A stretch of DNA of 64,000 bases, taken from NCBI GenBank assembly GCA_964016885.1, contig OZ024741.1:378820001-378884000 (forward strand), written 5' to 3'. This document shows, one piece after another, positions 12,739 through 25,527 of this stretch. The notes beneath the pieces were generated by a model. That model saw only the letters and a list, made by a program, of their open reading frames with translations. It was not told the DNA's origin and made no database searches. The stretch is from Eledone cirrhosa. Taxonomy: Eukaryota. The translations under genes and the position numbers were made by a program. Each line of letters opens with the position of its first letter. Positions within the stretch are counted from its first letter, which is position 1.

Positions 12739-14987
12739 TTTATTAATGCATGGACAGTTATATGACCTCCTTTTCAGCCGAGAGACATACCAATACATAT
12801 TCAAACATTGATACATATTCAAACATTGTGGGTCAACATTCATTACAGAATTTAGAGTGGCAGTACACACTTCGAGATTACATTTATATTAATAGGTACA
12901 ATCAAAAATCAAAGATATAGGTTAAAGTACAACATGAAGATAAGTGGTTATATAGTGCAAATGTTATATGTGTGGCACGCATGTGCGTCTTGTTTATATA
13001 GTGTGGCAGAGAGATATGTGTGGTAGAGGCACTTAGGTAGGTAAATAAGAGTGTTAGGTTGGTAGATCTGGTGGCAAAGTCTTTATATGATTGATATAGT
13101 CTGTGTGTGGAGAAATATTATAAGCATTAAAGATAGTGCAAGCATTAAAAGTGTTATAAGTATTGGAGATGCACAGCGCAGAGATGTCAAGTAATTCATG
13201 TACTTCGGCATTTTCATGGTCAAGGGAGTGTATATTTCGATTATATGCCTTTCACATAATCCACGACAATCCAGTTAGAGATCGTAGTCTGGTGTTCTTT
13301 AGTTCGATACAGGAGGTTGTTACGTTTCGAGAAACGCCATTGAATACCGGAAGTGTGTGTGTGGCTAAGGGGAGTTAATGCATGCGGGGAGGTAACTCTG
13401 GGGTTTCTATATCTAGCCATTAAAATGTGTCCCAATATAGACCCTAAATTCTATGGTGAGGTGCACCTTCCAAGAGAGACTTTTAAAGCATAAAGTGTAC
13501 TAACTATAGAGTAGTTTAACTAAATTATGCTGAAGGTGATCATATTATTATTAAGGTGGAACCTAACACCACATCTAGCATCAAACACCAGAGACACACC
13601 CTATACTACATACCCAACACTAGCTGATCCATTATAACACAAACAACGACATCCCTCTGGAACCCTTCGCAGGGAAAATACCCATTTATACCTCTACGGC
13701 AGGTGTGACAACATCCACCCACTTGGACGGCACTACACCGCTCTAAGGGTAATTTGAGCATGAATTGATCGGTTGGATGGTGTTGGGCAGAGGAAACACC
13801 TTCCTTAGACAGATGTAAAATGATTTAATCGAGTAGCGCTGTTGACCAGTAGGACCGGGCTGCTGAGCGCAGTGAGTGAATGCAATGCAACTGCCGTGCG
13901 GGTTGTACGTATATGGATGATCTGACGGTCAGAGAGGGGTCGCGAGGACTGCGGATTGACCTTTGGCCTGCCTGGGGACGATTATCTTTCGACATCCAAT
14001 GTAGCAAGCGATGACCCAGATCTTACCAGAGATCATTGGGTCCTGAAGCAATCCTGCAATCACCGCGCCTGGTCATATGAGCAGACTACAACCACAGAGA
14101 TCATTAATTTAGAATCCTAGCTCATCATCTATAATTTCCATTTGTAGCACCTTAAGATGGGTTAATCCACCTTAATAATAATATGATCACCTTCAGCATA
14201 ATTTAGTTAAACTACTCTATAGTTAGTTCACTTTATGCTTTAAAAGTCTCTCTTGGAAGGTGCACCTCACCATAGAATTTAGGGTCTATATTGGGACACA
14301 TTTTAATGGCTAGATATAGAAACCCCAGAGTTACCTCCCCGCATGCATTAACTCCCCTTAGCCACACACACACTTCCGGTATTCAATGGCGTTTCTCGAA
14401 ACGTAACAACCTCCTGTATCGAACTAAAGAACACCAGACTACGATCTCTAACTGGATTGTCGTGGATTATGTGAAAGGCATATAATCGAAATATACACTC
14501 CCTTGACCATGAAAATGCCGAAGTACATGAATTACTTGACATCCCTGCGCTGTGCATCTCCAATACTTATAACACTTTTAATGCTTGCACTATCTTTAAT
14601 GCTTATAATATTTCTCCACACACAGACTATATCAATCATATAAAGACTTTGCCACCAGATCTACCAACCTAACACTCTGATTTACCTACCTAAGTGCCTC
14701 TACCACACATATCTCTCTGCCACACTATATAAACAAGACGCACATGCGTGCCACACATATAACATTTGCACTATATAACCACTTATCTTCATGTTGTACT
14801 TTAACCTATATCTTTGATTTTTGATTGTACCTATTAATATAAATGTAATCTCGAAGTGTGTACTGCCACTCTAAATTCTGTAATGAATGTTGACCCACAA
14901 TGTTTGAATATGTATCAATGTTTGAATATGTATTGGTATGTCTCTCGGCTGAAAAGGAGGTCATATAACTGTCCATGCATTAATAAA

Positions 14988-15036
14988 TTGCTCCGAAGAA
15001 TCCAAACCTCGGTTTGGAGGAAACAGCTGTAAGCAC
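14988..15036 (+). ncRNA. Type I HHR, CCGAAGA core variant
   Basis: gct-CCGAAGA-a-tccaaacc/ggtttgga-g-GAAA-CAGCTG-TA-agc. Confidence 0.65.
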
Positions 15037-15494
15037 AATAATGTTTTGAACAGTTCTTTGATTCTTATATTTCATATAACTGCTCTGTAAATCATCTGAT
15101 GTTTTTACATTGAGCTACTTAACTTACTGGTAATAAGGTAGTAATACATTACTGCCTACCACTATTTAGGGTGTGTGTAAAATACTTACAACTGCTTAAG
15201 GTTTTGTGTTTACATAACCATAAATAGTATAACTAATACTATATATATATATATATAAAATTTCAGGTTATCAATAATGTAGTGATAATATATCGTCACG
15301 TTAGAGATAAACGTGTAGGTTTGCTCAACGAGTATGAATTATATTCCGGAGAAAATTTAGTAAACAAGAATATAAAATAGAAGTGCTTTTTTTTTAAAAA
15401 AAGCACTTCCATTTTATATTCATCTTTTATATATATATATATATATATAAAAGATGAATATAAAATGGAAGTGCTTTTTTTAAATATATATATA

Positions 15495-15783
15495 TAAAGA
15501 AAGAGGGATGAAATCGAAAATGCAACTGAAGTCTTATTTTTTTTAAAAATATATATATTTATTTGGTTCCTTTACCGGTGTGAGAAAAACCACAGACCCT
15601 CCATCTCAACTCACCTTTTGAAAAGCAGAAGAACTGCGAAACCGGTAAAGGAACCAAATAAATATATATATTTTTAAAAAAAATAAGACTTCAGTTGCAT
15701 TTTCGATTTCATCCCTTTTTCTTTATACTTCCACTCGTGTAGGACAGCTCGGTTATTTTTCATTTTGTAAAAAAAAAACTCAC

Positions 15784-15790
<7 letters not shown>
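15495..15790 (+). mobile_element. Short pLTR fragment with 5' inversion
   Basis: 15495-15580 is inverted at 15641-15727; homologous to 31325-31520; (TA)n flanks. Confidence 0.7.
15614..15651 (+). ncRNA. Type I minimal HHR with U3-A8 core
   Basis: cctt-TTGAAAA-gcag/ctgc-GAAA-CCGG-TA-aagg. Confidence 0.7.
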
Positions 15791-15867
<77 letters not shown>

Positions 15868-15915
15868 GTTAATTCAAATATTAACAAAATAGATATTCTT
15901 GTGAACAATTAAATG

Positions 15916-15975
15916 TTTTATACATATTTCAGAGGTACTGAATTAAGTTCAACAGTACGTCCTCATCAGATAAAA
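15916..15975 (-). ncRNA. Type I minimal HHR
   Basis: ttta-t-CTGATGA-gg..gtactg/cagtac..ct-GAAA-TATG-TA-taaa. Confidence 0.7.
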
Positions 15976-16401
15976 TAAAATGATGCACGACATACCCTGA
16001 CATGGTAGATAGTTAAGATTTATACCCTAATATTGAGAACATGAGAAAACGTAATAGAATCAATAGAGAGAGTGTTTAATAAATACATGGCATCAATGAC
16101 AGTTATAGAATTTTCTTTTATATTTAAAATACTACTAGAGAAATATGCGGGAGTGGAAAGCATATAGGAAAACGTAGCTGATGTTATTATTTATTTAGTA
16201 TTTAGCTTGAGAATACTAATGAAAGATAACTAAAGAGAGAGAGAGACAAAGGGGAGTAATTTATGCTCAAGTTTCTACATACACATATTCATATATAGTT
16301 TTGGCGGTTAATTTTCAAAATATTTAATTTATATTATTTCAGGGTAAAAAATCAAATTTTAGGTTTTAAAAGTTGATGGGTATTTGTATTAATATTATAA
16401 T

Positions 16402-16502
16402 CCCGCCGAGGTTCACTTTGCCTTTCATAGTTACGGGGTCGATAACATAAAGTACCAGTAATATACTGGGTAATTGCTGGCCTTGTGCCTAAAGTAGAAA
16501 CA
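16402..16502 (+). mobile_element. 5'-truncated SINE
   Basis: ccgccgagg..tttgcctttcat..ggggtcgata..ggccttgtgcc..gtagaaac; flanked by duplicated attaatattataat; same family as 34386-34572. Confidence 0.75.
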
Positions 16503-17939
16503 ATTAATATTATAATATAATTATGCTAAATTTCTAAAATTCGAAATTTTATGAAGACAAACGATGCCCGCGAAAGAAAGAAAATAGACATATAATGTTC
16601 GATACACAAATGTAATCTTTACCATAATTACTTATAATATTGACAACAGTTTCTATAATATAATTTATAAGATATTTATAGTTATAACTATAAAATAATT
16701 TATTGTTAAATAGTTAGAGTGCCTAAAGTATTAACAGGTCTTATAATTAAACTTAAAAAGGTCAGAGTTTCAGCTATATATATGTGTGTATTGATCACAA
16801 TATATCAAAACTATAATTTATTATTTGTTCATATATTATATTTAGTAAATGATTATATATATACATGTGTATATATATATATATATATATATTGATTATA
16901 TATATATTTGTATAAAACTAATAACAATGATAATAATTACTATTTTTATTAAATGTTTACCATTTCATTAATACCTAGTATATCTATATAGAGTTTTATA
17001 CAAATATATTTATCTAGGGTAATAACATAATCGTAGTTACATTTATATAAATAATTTAAACACTCAAATGACATTATTATAAGTGTTTAGTTTTCCCTTG
17101 AAGGTCAAACATATATAATTATTTACTAAATATAATATATGAACAAATAATAAATTATAGTCTTGGTATATTGTGATCAATACACACATATATATATCTG
17201 AAAACTTTGACTCCTTTAAGTTTAATCATAAGACCTGTTAATAATTTAGGCCCTCTAACTCTTTTACAATAAATTATTTAATAGTTATAACTGTAAATAT
17301 CTCATAAATTATATTATAGAAACTGTTGTCAATATTATAAGTAATTCTGGTAAAGATTACCTTTATGGGGATATCGAACATTATATGTATATTTTCTTTC
17401 TTTCGAGGGCTTCGTAAATCCTTTAAATTTGTCTTCATATAATTTTGAATTTTAGAAATTTAATATAATTATATTATAATACAAATACCCATCAACTTTT
17501 AAAACCTAAAATGTTATACTTTACTCTAAAATAATATAAATGAAATATTTTGAAAATTAACCGCCAAAACTATATATGAATATGTGTATGTAGAAACTTG
17601 AGCATAAATTACTCCCCTTTGGCTGTCTCTCTCTTTAGTTATCTTCCATTTGAATTGTTAAGCTAAATACTAAATAAGTAATAACATCAGCTACGTTTTC
17701 CTATATGCTTTCCTCTCCCGCATTCTAGTAGTATTTTAAATATAAAAAAAATTCTATAACTGTGAATTGATGCCATGTATTTCTTAAAGTATATTACTCA
17801 CACTCTCTCTATTGATTCTATTACGTTTTCTAATGTTCTCAATATTAGGGTATAAATATTGAGTTTTCTCATAAGTTAATCACTATCTTGATTAAATCTT
17901 AACCATCTACCATGCCAGGGTATGGCATGTATCATTTAT

Positions 17940-17997
17940 TTCATCTGACGAGGACGTACTGCTGAACTTAATTCAGTACCTCTGAAATATGTATAAT
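17940..17997 (+). ncRNA. Type I minimal HHR
   Basis: CTGACGA-ggacgtactg...cagtacctct-GAAA-TATG-TA. Confidence 0.65.
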
Positions 17998-18148
17998 AAT
18001 ATTTAATTGATCACAAGAATATCTATTTTGTTATATTTGAATTCATATTAATAACTCTGGAAAATAGTTTTTTGTAGAGTGCTTCCAATCTATTGGAAGC
18101 ACTCTATTGCTTTGAAATACTCATTGCATCTTGTTTAACTCTTAAATA

Positions 18149-18311
<163 letters not shown>

Positions 18312-18527
18312 CGTTTTCTGAATTTGTTTAGCAAGATTCTTTATCTGAAATCGTGTGTTGAAATCGATATTATTATACTTTGGGAGGGTCATGTTGCCAA
18401 TAAGAAACACACGCACCAGTTGCTTTCACTTCAATTTATTATATATTTATAAATTTACAAATTTATAAATTTATAAATTTCTGGTTGGTTGGTTGGTTCG
18501 TTCCACAACCAGATAGTTGTTTATATA

Positions 18528-18573
18528 TAGTCATAGTCCTTTCCTCACACACTCTGTGACCTCTTCAGTGACT
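18528..18573 (-). ncRNA. Type I minimal HHR in pLTR
   Basis: agtca-CTGAAGA-g-gtcaca/tgtgag-GAAA-ggac-TA-tgact. Confidence 0.7.
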
Positions 18574-18781
18574 GGGTATTCCTTTCTTTGTTTCTGTGCC
18601 TCTCCTTTGTTCTGTCCTACGCCATTTTGTTTATGTGTGTGTGTTGTGTGCTCAGTTTGCGCATGCGCCACATCCGGGAGTCTGTGTGTGTTTATGTTCA
18701 TTTATCTATTTGTTTATTTATTTATTTACATGTTATTGGTTGGTTGTTTGTTCTATGTGTGTGTGTGTTTTCATTTTGTCC

Positions 18782-21700
18782 TTAATTGTAAGTTGTGATG
18801 TTGCTGTTCCACTCATATTTTCTATTTAATTTTGGTTGTAATTCTTTTATGTTTATTGGCTCTGTAATTTGTCTAAACGTTGCATCTTTTCTGTGTGTAG
18901 ATTCTATTTTTATTTCTATGTCCTCTAATTTACCCTTGTGTTCTATCTTAGCATGTTGGTAGAGTACAGATGATTCTTTATTATCTTGAAGGTCTCGCCA
19001 GTGTTCATTTATCCGTTCCCCTATATTACGAGCTGTCTCACCTATGTACACTATATTTTTGTTTCTACATTGTCCTTCAGTACATCTTATGCTATACACT
19101 ACATTTCTAGTTTTACAGTTAATATGTGGGCTTATTTTACAGGTTATACATTTCTTATCTATACATGAGGGTCTTTGAAAAGGGTATGTATTGCTAATAA
19201 GTGTTTTTTACGGAGGTACCTGGTCTTTCTACTATCTTGATATTAATTTATGTTTATTTAGGGCTCTTCTAAATGTGTAGGCTAGTTCGCCTCTAGGGGT
19301 TGTATCGATGAACATTACACTCTGGTATTTATTGCTATAATACCATGAGTTTACTCTATTAGCCTTGTTCCTAGTTCTTTCTATTCTATTCCAAAATTTG
19401 CTCCTATACAAGGGGCAGGTCCCATTTATGTCATTATTTACTATTTTTTCCCATTTGGTTCTGGCTCCTCTATACACTCTGATTCTATCTCTCTGATTGT
19501 ATCCAGAGAACTGCATACGGTGGATGAAGTGTTGTATGTGTCTCTCTAGTTCTTCGGGGTTGCACATGCAGGACACATTTCTCATCACCTGTACCAAATC
19601 CGCAATCAGTATGTTGATTTTGGTATGGTCCGAAATGGCCGAGTTTCGGTGGATCAGATGTTTGGAAGTCATGGGTTTCGCATAATGGGAATGGAGGATT
19701 TGTGTTTGGTTGTTAATGGTATCTAACCAGAGCTCTGTGTCTAGTACAGGTAATCGATGGTTGGGGTGTCTACTTGGGTAGTCTATAGTAACTCTAATGT
19801 TCTGGTGGATGGAGTTTGCTATTTGCTGGATGCTCTCCATTGTGTTTTTCTCTAGTTCCTGACTGTTCTCTAGTGTGGGTGTCTTAACTACGATGTTTAT
19901 ATCATCTACGTAGCGGGAGTACATTATCAGGGTTAAGCTGTCTTCTAATTGTTCTTTAAGTTTAAGTTTAAGTCTATTGTCCCACCATACCATGAATAAG
20001 TTAGCTATGTCGCCTGCAATGCTAACACCAATGGCTGCTCCTTCCTTTTGGGCATATGTTTTTCCATTAAATTTGAACATATGTTCCTTAAGAGTTAGTT
20101 TTATGCTGGCTCCTACCGCATGTGCAATCATTTTCTTCAGCTCATCGTGGTTTTCGGGTGTCCGTATGGCTCTGGTCCACCCGTTCTATCTATCTGTGTG
20201 GGTTTTCTTGGCCATTGAGGTAATGGTAGGTGGTCTGCCTCTTGCTGGTCTTGTAGGGCACAGGTTGCTAAGGTCGTATGAGTCTAGGTAACTATTACTA
20301 TAGGTAAGCTTAAGTAGAAGTCCCAGCTCACTGCTATCAATCCCAAGGAACTCAACCTTGCTCTCACTGATCATTTCTACGCATTTCTCCACAGCAAAAT
20401 CCACTTCAATAGATGGATACAGGGACACAACATCCATACTGCCTATTATGCAGTTTGTTAGGTCCCCAGATCGGTTACTCACGCCGATTCTGCTGAGGAG
20501 GTCCTCCGTGCTGTCACATACATCTGGGGACATTTCAATGATGGGGCGTATGATCAGGGAGAGGAAGTAGGACAGTCTGTAGTTACTAGCAATGTTAGCT
20601 CCACAGACTGGCCGTGTTGGTGGTCCCGCGACAGGGTCACAGCCCGTTTTATGCTCTTTTCAAAGCCCATACAACGCCGGCACGTCATTGTTCCAGGCCT
20701 GGAAGTTGTTGGCAGTCCTTTTGTTGGGCTGCATTATATTCGTCCACATCACCATATGGGCATTGAGGGCTTTTTCTCTATCCTCATGCTCCTGTGGTGT
20801 TACCTCTCTTGTGTTAGTGATGTGGGGTTGCATTGCCTGGATGTAGTTTGGCAGGCTGTCAACCGACATTCTGCCAGACTTGTCTGTTGGAAAGCATGCT
20901 ATCTCTCCATTACGTGAGCGCTGCATGAGCTTACGTAAGCCATTTGCAGAGTTTTCTCCCAGTTGCTGGGCCTCCATTCTATTATGCTTCTTGCTATACT
21001 GTTCTATAATATTTCTAAGTTCGGATCTAGCTATACTAAATTGTGCTTCTGTTTGTTCATCGACCTGCGACGGCAATTGCGTGCGTTTGTTAAATGGTAA
21101 AGTCGTGGCGTGGACTCGTCGCAGCTCGAATGATTTATCGGAGGGATTATAAAACGGAGAGTTCCAGGCTGCTGCTTTATGTGTACTAGTGCTATTGTTA
21201 TTGTTAGTTGTGTTGTTTCCATTTCTATTTCCACCAACAGCCTCATGGTTGTTTCTATGTCTCTCATAATTACTCCTGTCTCTTTCCCCTGGCTCATTGT
21301 TGTTATCTACCCTATTTTGTGTGTCTGTGTGTTCGTCTTGGTTATTCTCTTTGTCCTTAGTCTCCCTTCTCCTTTTAATCCTATTACTTTCCCTTATTTC
21401 TGTGATTTCTGTGCTACTGTCATTACTTGTTTTCTGTGTCTGTGAGTTTGTTAAGATTGTGGTGGTGGTGAGAGGCATTGAATGCGTGTGTGTTGTTGTT
21501 GTTGATGTGTGCTTTGGTTGATGTGTGTTGTTTTTGTCTCCGTGTGTGTTATTGTTGTTGTGTGTGTTGTTATTGTTATTTGTGTCTGCGTGTCTGTTGT
21601 TGTTTCTGGGTATGTTGTTATTGTTGTTGTTGTTGATGTGTGTGTTGTTGTTATTGTTGTTTGTGTCTGTGTGTCTGTTGTTGTTGGGATGTGTGTTGTA

Positions 21701-22489
21701 TATGTGTGTGCGTATATTGTTGCTTTTGTTTTTGATGCTCCAGCGTAGTTTTATAAATGATTTTTCTATTTCTGACAGACAACTAATCCTATTTACCTTC
21801 TTGAATGTCGCAAATTTCGGGGGCAAACGCAACACAGACATCTCGTTATTATCTATTCTTGCGTTCCCATATATATTGGTGTTTTTGTTGTTGAACTCTT
21901 CTGTTAATGAGGTGTCGGCCATGTTTATACCGTCAATTTTGTCGGGATATGTATTGGTATTCTCTATAGTATCCTGATTTAGCTTTATCTTTTTAAGCCA
22001 CTTTAGTTTCCTGTTAAAGTGCTTATCACATTCTTGAGTAATGTACTGTTCTTCAGGGCGTATAAGGCATATAGATATTAGTTTCTCTCTTGGTGTGGTG
22101 ATCCTAGCTGTTTCTTGTATTAGGTTACGCTTTTGTCTTTCTTGATGACTTAATTCTCTATAGATCTTCATTTTTATGTTTAGAATTAATGTTCGTTTTA
22201 GCCTATCTGCTTGTATTTTGGTGAGTTGTAATCTTCTAACGTCGGTATTGATGGTGTTGGTGTAGATTCTGGATGAGGCACATTGCTTTATGAAGTGTAG
22301 TTGTCGAGATGTTATGGTTTTTCGTAGACAACGGAACATGGTGGTTTTCAATATCTTGTTAGCCTGGCTAAGGCTTACGCTAATTCGTTTCTGAATTTGT
22401 TTAGCAAGATTCTTTATCTGAAATCGTTTGTTGAAACCGATATTGTTATACTTTGGAAGGGTCATGTTGCCAATAAGAAACACACGCAC
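18782..22489 (-). pseudogene. PLE RT plus GIY-YIG polyprotein with about 3 frameshifts
   Basis: LRLPPKFA, PTDKSG, GSMDVVSLYPSI, GAAIG, YSRYVDDI, LPVLD, YAKP; Cys-rich linker; VVYSIRC...YIGETAR..ERINEH. Confidence 0.92.
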
Positions 22490-22597
22490 CAGTTGCTTTC
22501 ACTTCAATTTATTATATATTTATAAATTTACAAATTTATAAATTTATAAATTTCTGGTCGGTTGGTTGGTTCCACAACTAGATAGTTGTTTATATAT

Positions 22598-22642
22598 AGT
22601 CATAGTCCTTTCGTCACACACTCTGTGACCTCTTCAGTGACT
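22598..22642 (-). ncRNA. Type I minimal HHR in pLTR
   Basis: agtca-CTGAAGA-g-gtcaca/tgtgac-GAAA-ggac-TA-tgact. Confidence 0.8.
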
Positions 22643-23566
22643 GGAGATTCCTTTCTTTGTTTCTGTGCCTCTCCTTTGTTCTGTCCTACGCCATTTTGTT
22701 TATGTGTGTGTGTTGTGTGCTCAGTTTGCGCATGCGCCACATCCGGGTGTCTGTGTGTGTTTATGTTCATTTATCTATTTGTTTATTTATTTATTTATTT
22801 ACATGTTATTGGTTGGTTGTTTGTTCTATGTGTGTGTGTGTTTTCATTTTGTCCTTAATTGTAAGTTGTGATGTTGCTGTTCCACTCATATGTTCTATTT
22901 AATTTTGGTTGTAATTCTTTTATGTTTATTGCCTCTGTAATTTGTCTAAACATTGCATCTTTTCTGTGTGTAGATTCTATTTTTATTTCTATGTTCTCTA
23001 ATTTACCCTTGTGTTCTATCTTAGCATGTTGGTAGAGTACAGATGATTCTTTATTATCTTGAAGGTCTCGCCAGTGTTCATTTATCCGTTCCCCTATACT
23101 ACGAGCTGTCTCACCTATGTACACTATATTTTTGTTTCTACATTGTCCTTCAGTACATCTTATGCTATACACTACATTTCTAGTTTTACAGTTAATATGG
23201 GGGCTTATTTTACAGGTTATACATTCCTTATCTATACATGAGGGTCTGTGAAAAGGGTATGTATTGCTAATAAGTGTTTTTACGGAGGTACCTGGTCTTT
23301 CTACTATCTTAATATTGAGTTAATGTTTATTTAGGGCCCTTCTAAATGTGTAGGCTAGTTCGCCTCTAGGGGCCATTGGTGTTAGCATTGCAGGCGACAT
23401 ATCTAACTTATTCATTGTATGGTGGGACAATAGAATTAAACTTAAACTTAAAGAACAATTAGAAGACAGCTTAACCCTGATAATGTAATCCCGCTACGTA
23501 TATGATATAAACATCGTAGTTAAGACACCCCCACTAGAGAACAGTCAGGAACTAGAGAAAAAAACA

Positions 23567-24616
23567 ATGGAAAGCATTCAGCAAATAGCAAACTCCATCC
23601 ACCAGAGCATTAGAGTTACTATAGACTACCCAAGTAGACATCCCAACCATCGATTACCTGTACTAGACACAGAGCTCTGGTTAGATACCATTAACAACCA
23701 AAAACAAATCCTCCATTCCCATTATTCCAAACCCATGACTTCCAAACATCTGATCCACCGAAACTCGGCCATTTCGGACCATACCAAAATCAACATACTG
23801 ATTGCGGATTTGGTACGGGTGATGAGAAATGTGTCCCGCATGTGCAACCCCGAAGAACTAGAGAGACACATACAACACTTCATCCACCGTATGCAGTTCT
23901 CTGGATACAATCAGAGAGATAGAATCACAGTGTATAGAGGAGCCAGAACCAAATGGGAAAAAATGGTAAATAATGACATAAATGGGACCTACCCCTTGTA
24001 CAGGAGCAAATTTTGGAATAGAATAGAAAGAACTAGGAACAAGGCTAACTCGTGGTATGATAGCAATAAATACCAGAGTGTAATGTTCATCGATACAACC
24101 CCTAGAGGCGAACTAGCCTACAAATTTAGAAGGGCCCTAAATAAACATAAACTCAATATTAAGATAGTAGAAGGACCAGGTACCTCCGTAAAAACACTTA
24201 TTAGCAAGACATACCCTTTTCAAAGACCCTCATGTATAGATAAGAAATGTATAACCTGTAAAATAAGCCCCCATATTAACTGTAAAACTAGAAATGTAGT
24301 GTATAGCATAAGATGTACAGAAGGACAATGTAGAAACAAAAATATAGTGTACATAGGTGAGACAGCTCGTAGTATAGGGGAACGGATAAATGAACACTGG
24401 CGAGACCTTCAAGATAATAAAGAATCATCTGTACTCTACCAACATGCTAAGATAGAACACAAGGTTAAATTAGAGAACATAGAAATAAAAATGGAATCTA
24501 CACACAGAAAAGATGCAATGATTAGACAAATTACAGAGGCAATTAACATAAAAGAATTACAACCAAAATTAAATAGAAAATATGAGTGGAACAGCAACAT
24601 CACAACTTATAATTAA
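23567..24616 (+). CDS. Open PLE thumb, Cys linker and GIY-YIG (349 aa) in the inverted truncated copy
   Basis: ORF track; near-identical to 18782-19840; catalytic YVDD just upstream reads YVYD. Confidence 0.7.
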   Translation: MESIQQIANSIHQSIRVTIDYPSRHPNHRLPVLDTELWLDTINNQKQILHSHYSKPMTSKHLIHRNSAISDHTKINILIADLVRVMRNVSRMCNPEELERHIQHFIHRMQFSGYNQRDRITVYRGARTKWEKMVNNDINGTYPLYRSKFWNRIERTRNKANSWYDSNKYQSVMFIDTTPRGELAYKFRRALNKHKLNIKIVEGPGTSVKTLISKTYPFQRPSCIDKKCITCKISPHINCKTRNVVYSIRCTEGQCRNKNIVYIGETARSIGERINEHWRDLQDNKESSVLYQHAKIEHKVKLENIEIKMESTHRKDAMIRQITEAINIKELQPKLNRKYEWNSNITTYN

Positions 24617-24991
24617 GGACAAAATGAAAACACACACACACATAGAACAAACAACCAACCAATAACATGTAAATAAATAAATGAACATAAACACACACAG
24701 ACACCCGGATGTGGCGCATGCGCAAACTGAGCACACAACACACACACATAAACAAAATGGCGTAGGACAGAACAAAGGAGAGGCACAGAAACAAAGAAAG
24801 GAATCCCCAGTCACAGAGTGTGTGACGAAAGGACTATGACTATATATAAACAACTATCTGGTTGTGGAACCAACCAACCAACCAGAAATTTATAAATTTA
24901 TAAATTTGTAAATTTATAAATATATAATAAATTGAAGTGAAAACAACTGGTGCGTGTGTTTCTTATTGGCAACATGACCCTCCCAAAGTAT

Positions 24992-25131
<140 letters not shown>

Positions 25132-25267
25132 TAAAATAGCAGATTAAAATGTAAGCAAAGAATCGGTGCTTTCACCCTTAACGGGATCTTCTGAAACTAT
25201 ATATATATATTAAAATAACAGATCTGTTATTTTAATAAATATTTGCTCTATGGTCCTTATATATTTG

Positions 25268-25325
25268 TTATATATTTATCCTTATCGAGCCCTATTTGGA
25301 TTTTAGTCTTCATATTTATTATTAT

Positions 25326-25417
<92 letters not shown>

Positions 25418-25464
25418 ATAATAATAAATATGGATACTAAAACCCCAAATAGGGCTCGATAAGG

Positions 25465-25475
<11 letters not shown>
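25268..25475. repeat. About 60 bp inverted repeat around a (TA)n tract
   Basis: tttatccttatcgagccctatttgg...(TA)n...ccaaatagggctcgataaggataaa. Confidence 0.85.

Positions 25476-25527
<52 letters not shown>

Larger units (their letters stand above)
12652..15240. mobile_element. Non-autonomous PLE-derived palindrome (arms about 0.9 kb)
   Basis: 12652-13560 is nearly identical to the reverse complement of 14165-15078; WVNPP, VYIGT and ARYRN relics; HHR in each arm. Confidence 0.85.
15866..18106. mobile_element. Non-coding palindromic element (arms about 0.9-1 kb) with an HHR near each end
   Basis: 15866-16860 versus the reverse complement of 17110-18045; diverged arms; no ORF. Confidence 0.85.

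Noticed and set aside
21509-21977. Hydrophobic plus-strand ORFs resembling membrane proteins
   Set aside because: Antisense reading of the low-complexity PLE region
25165-25195. Minus-strand CAGAAGA-ccc/ggg-GAAA
   Set aside because: No cleavage triplet or stem I; possibly a decayed HHR
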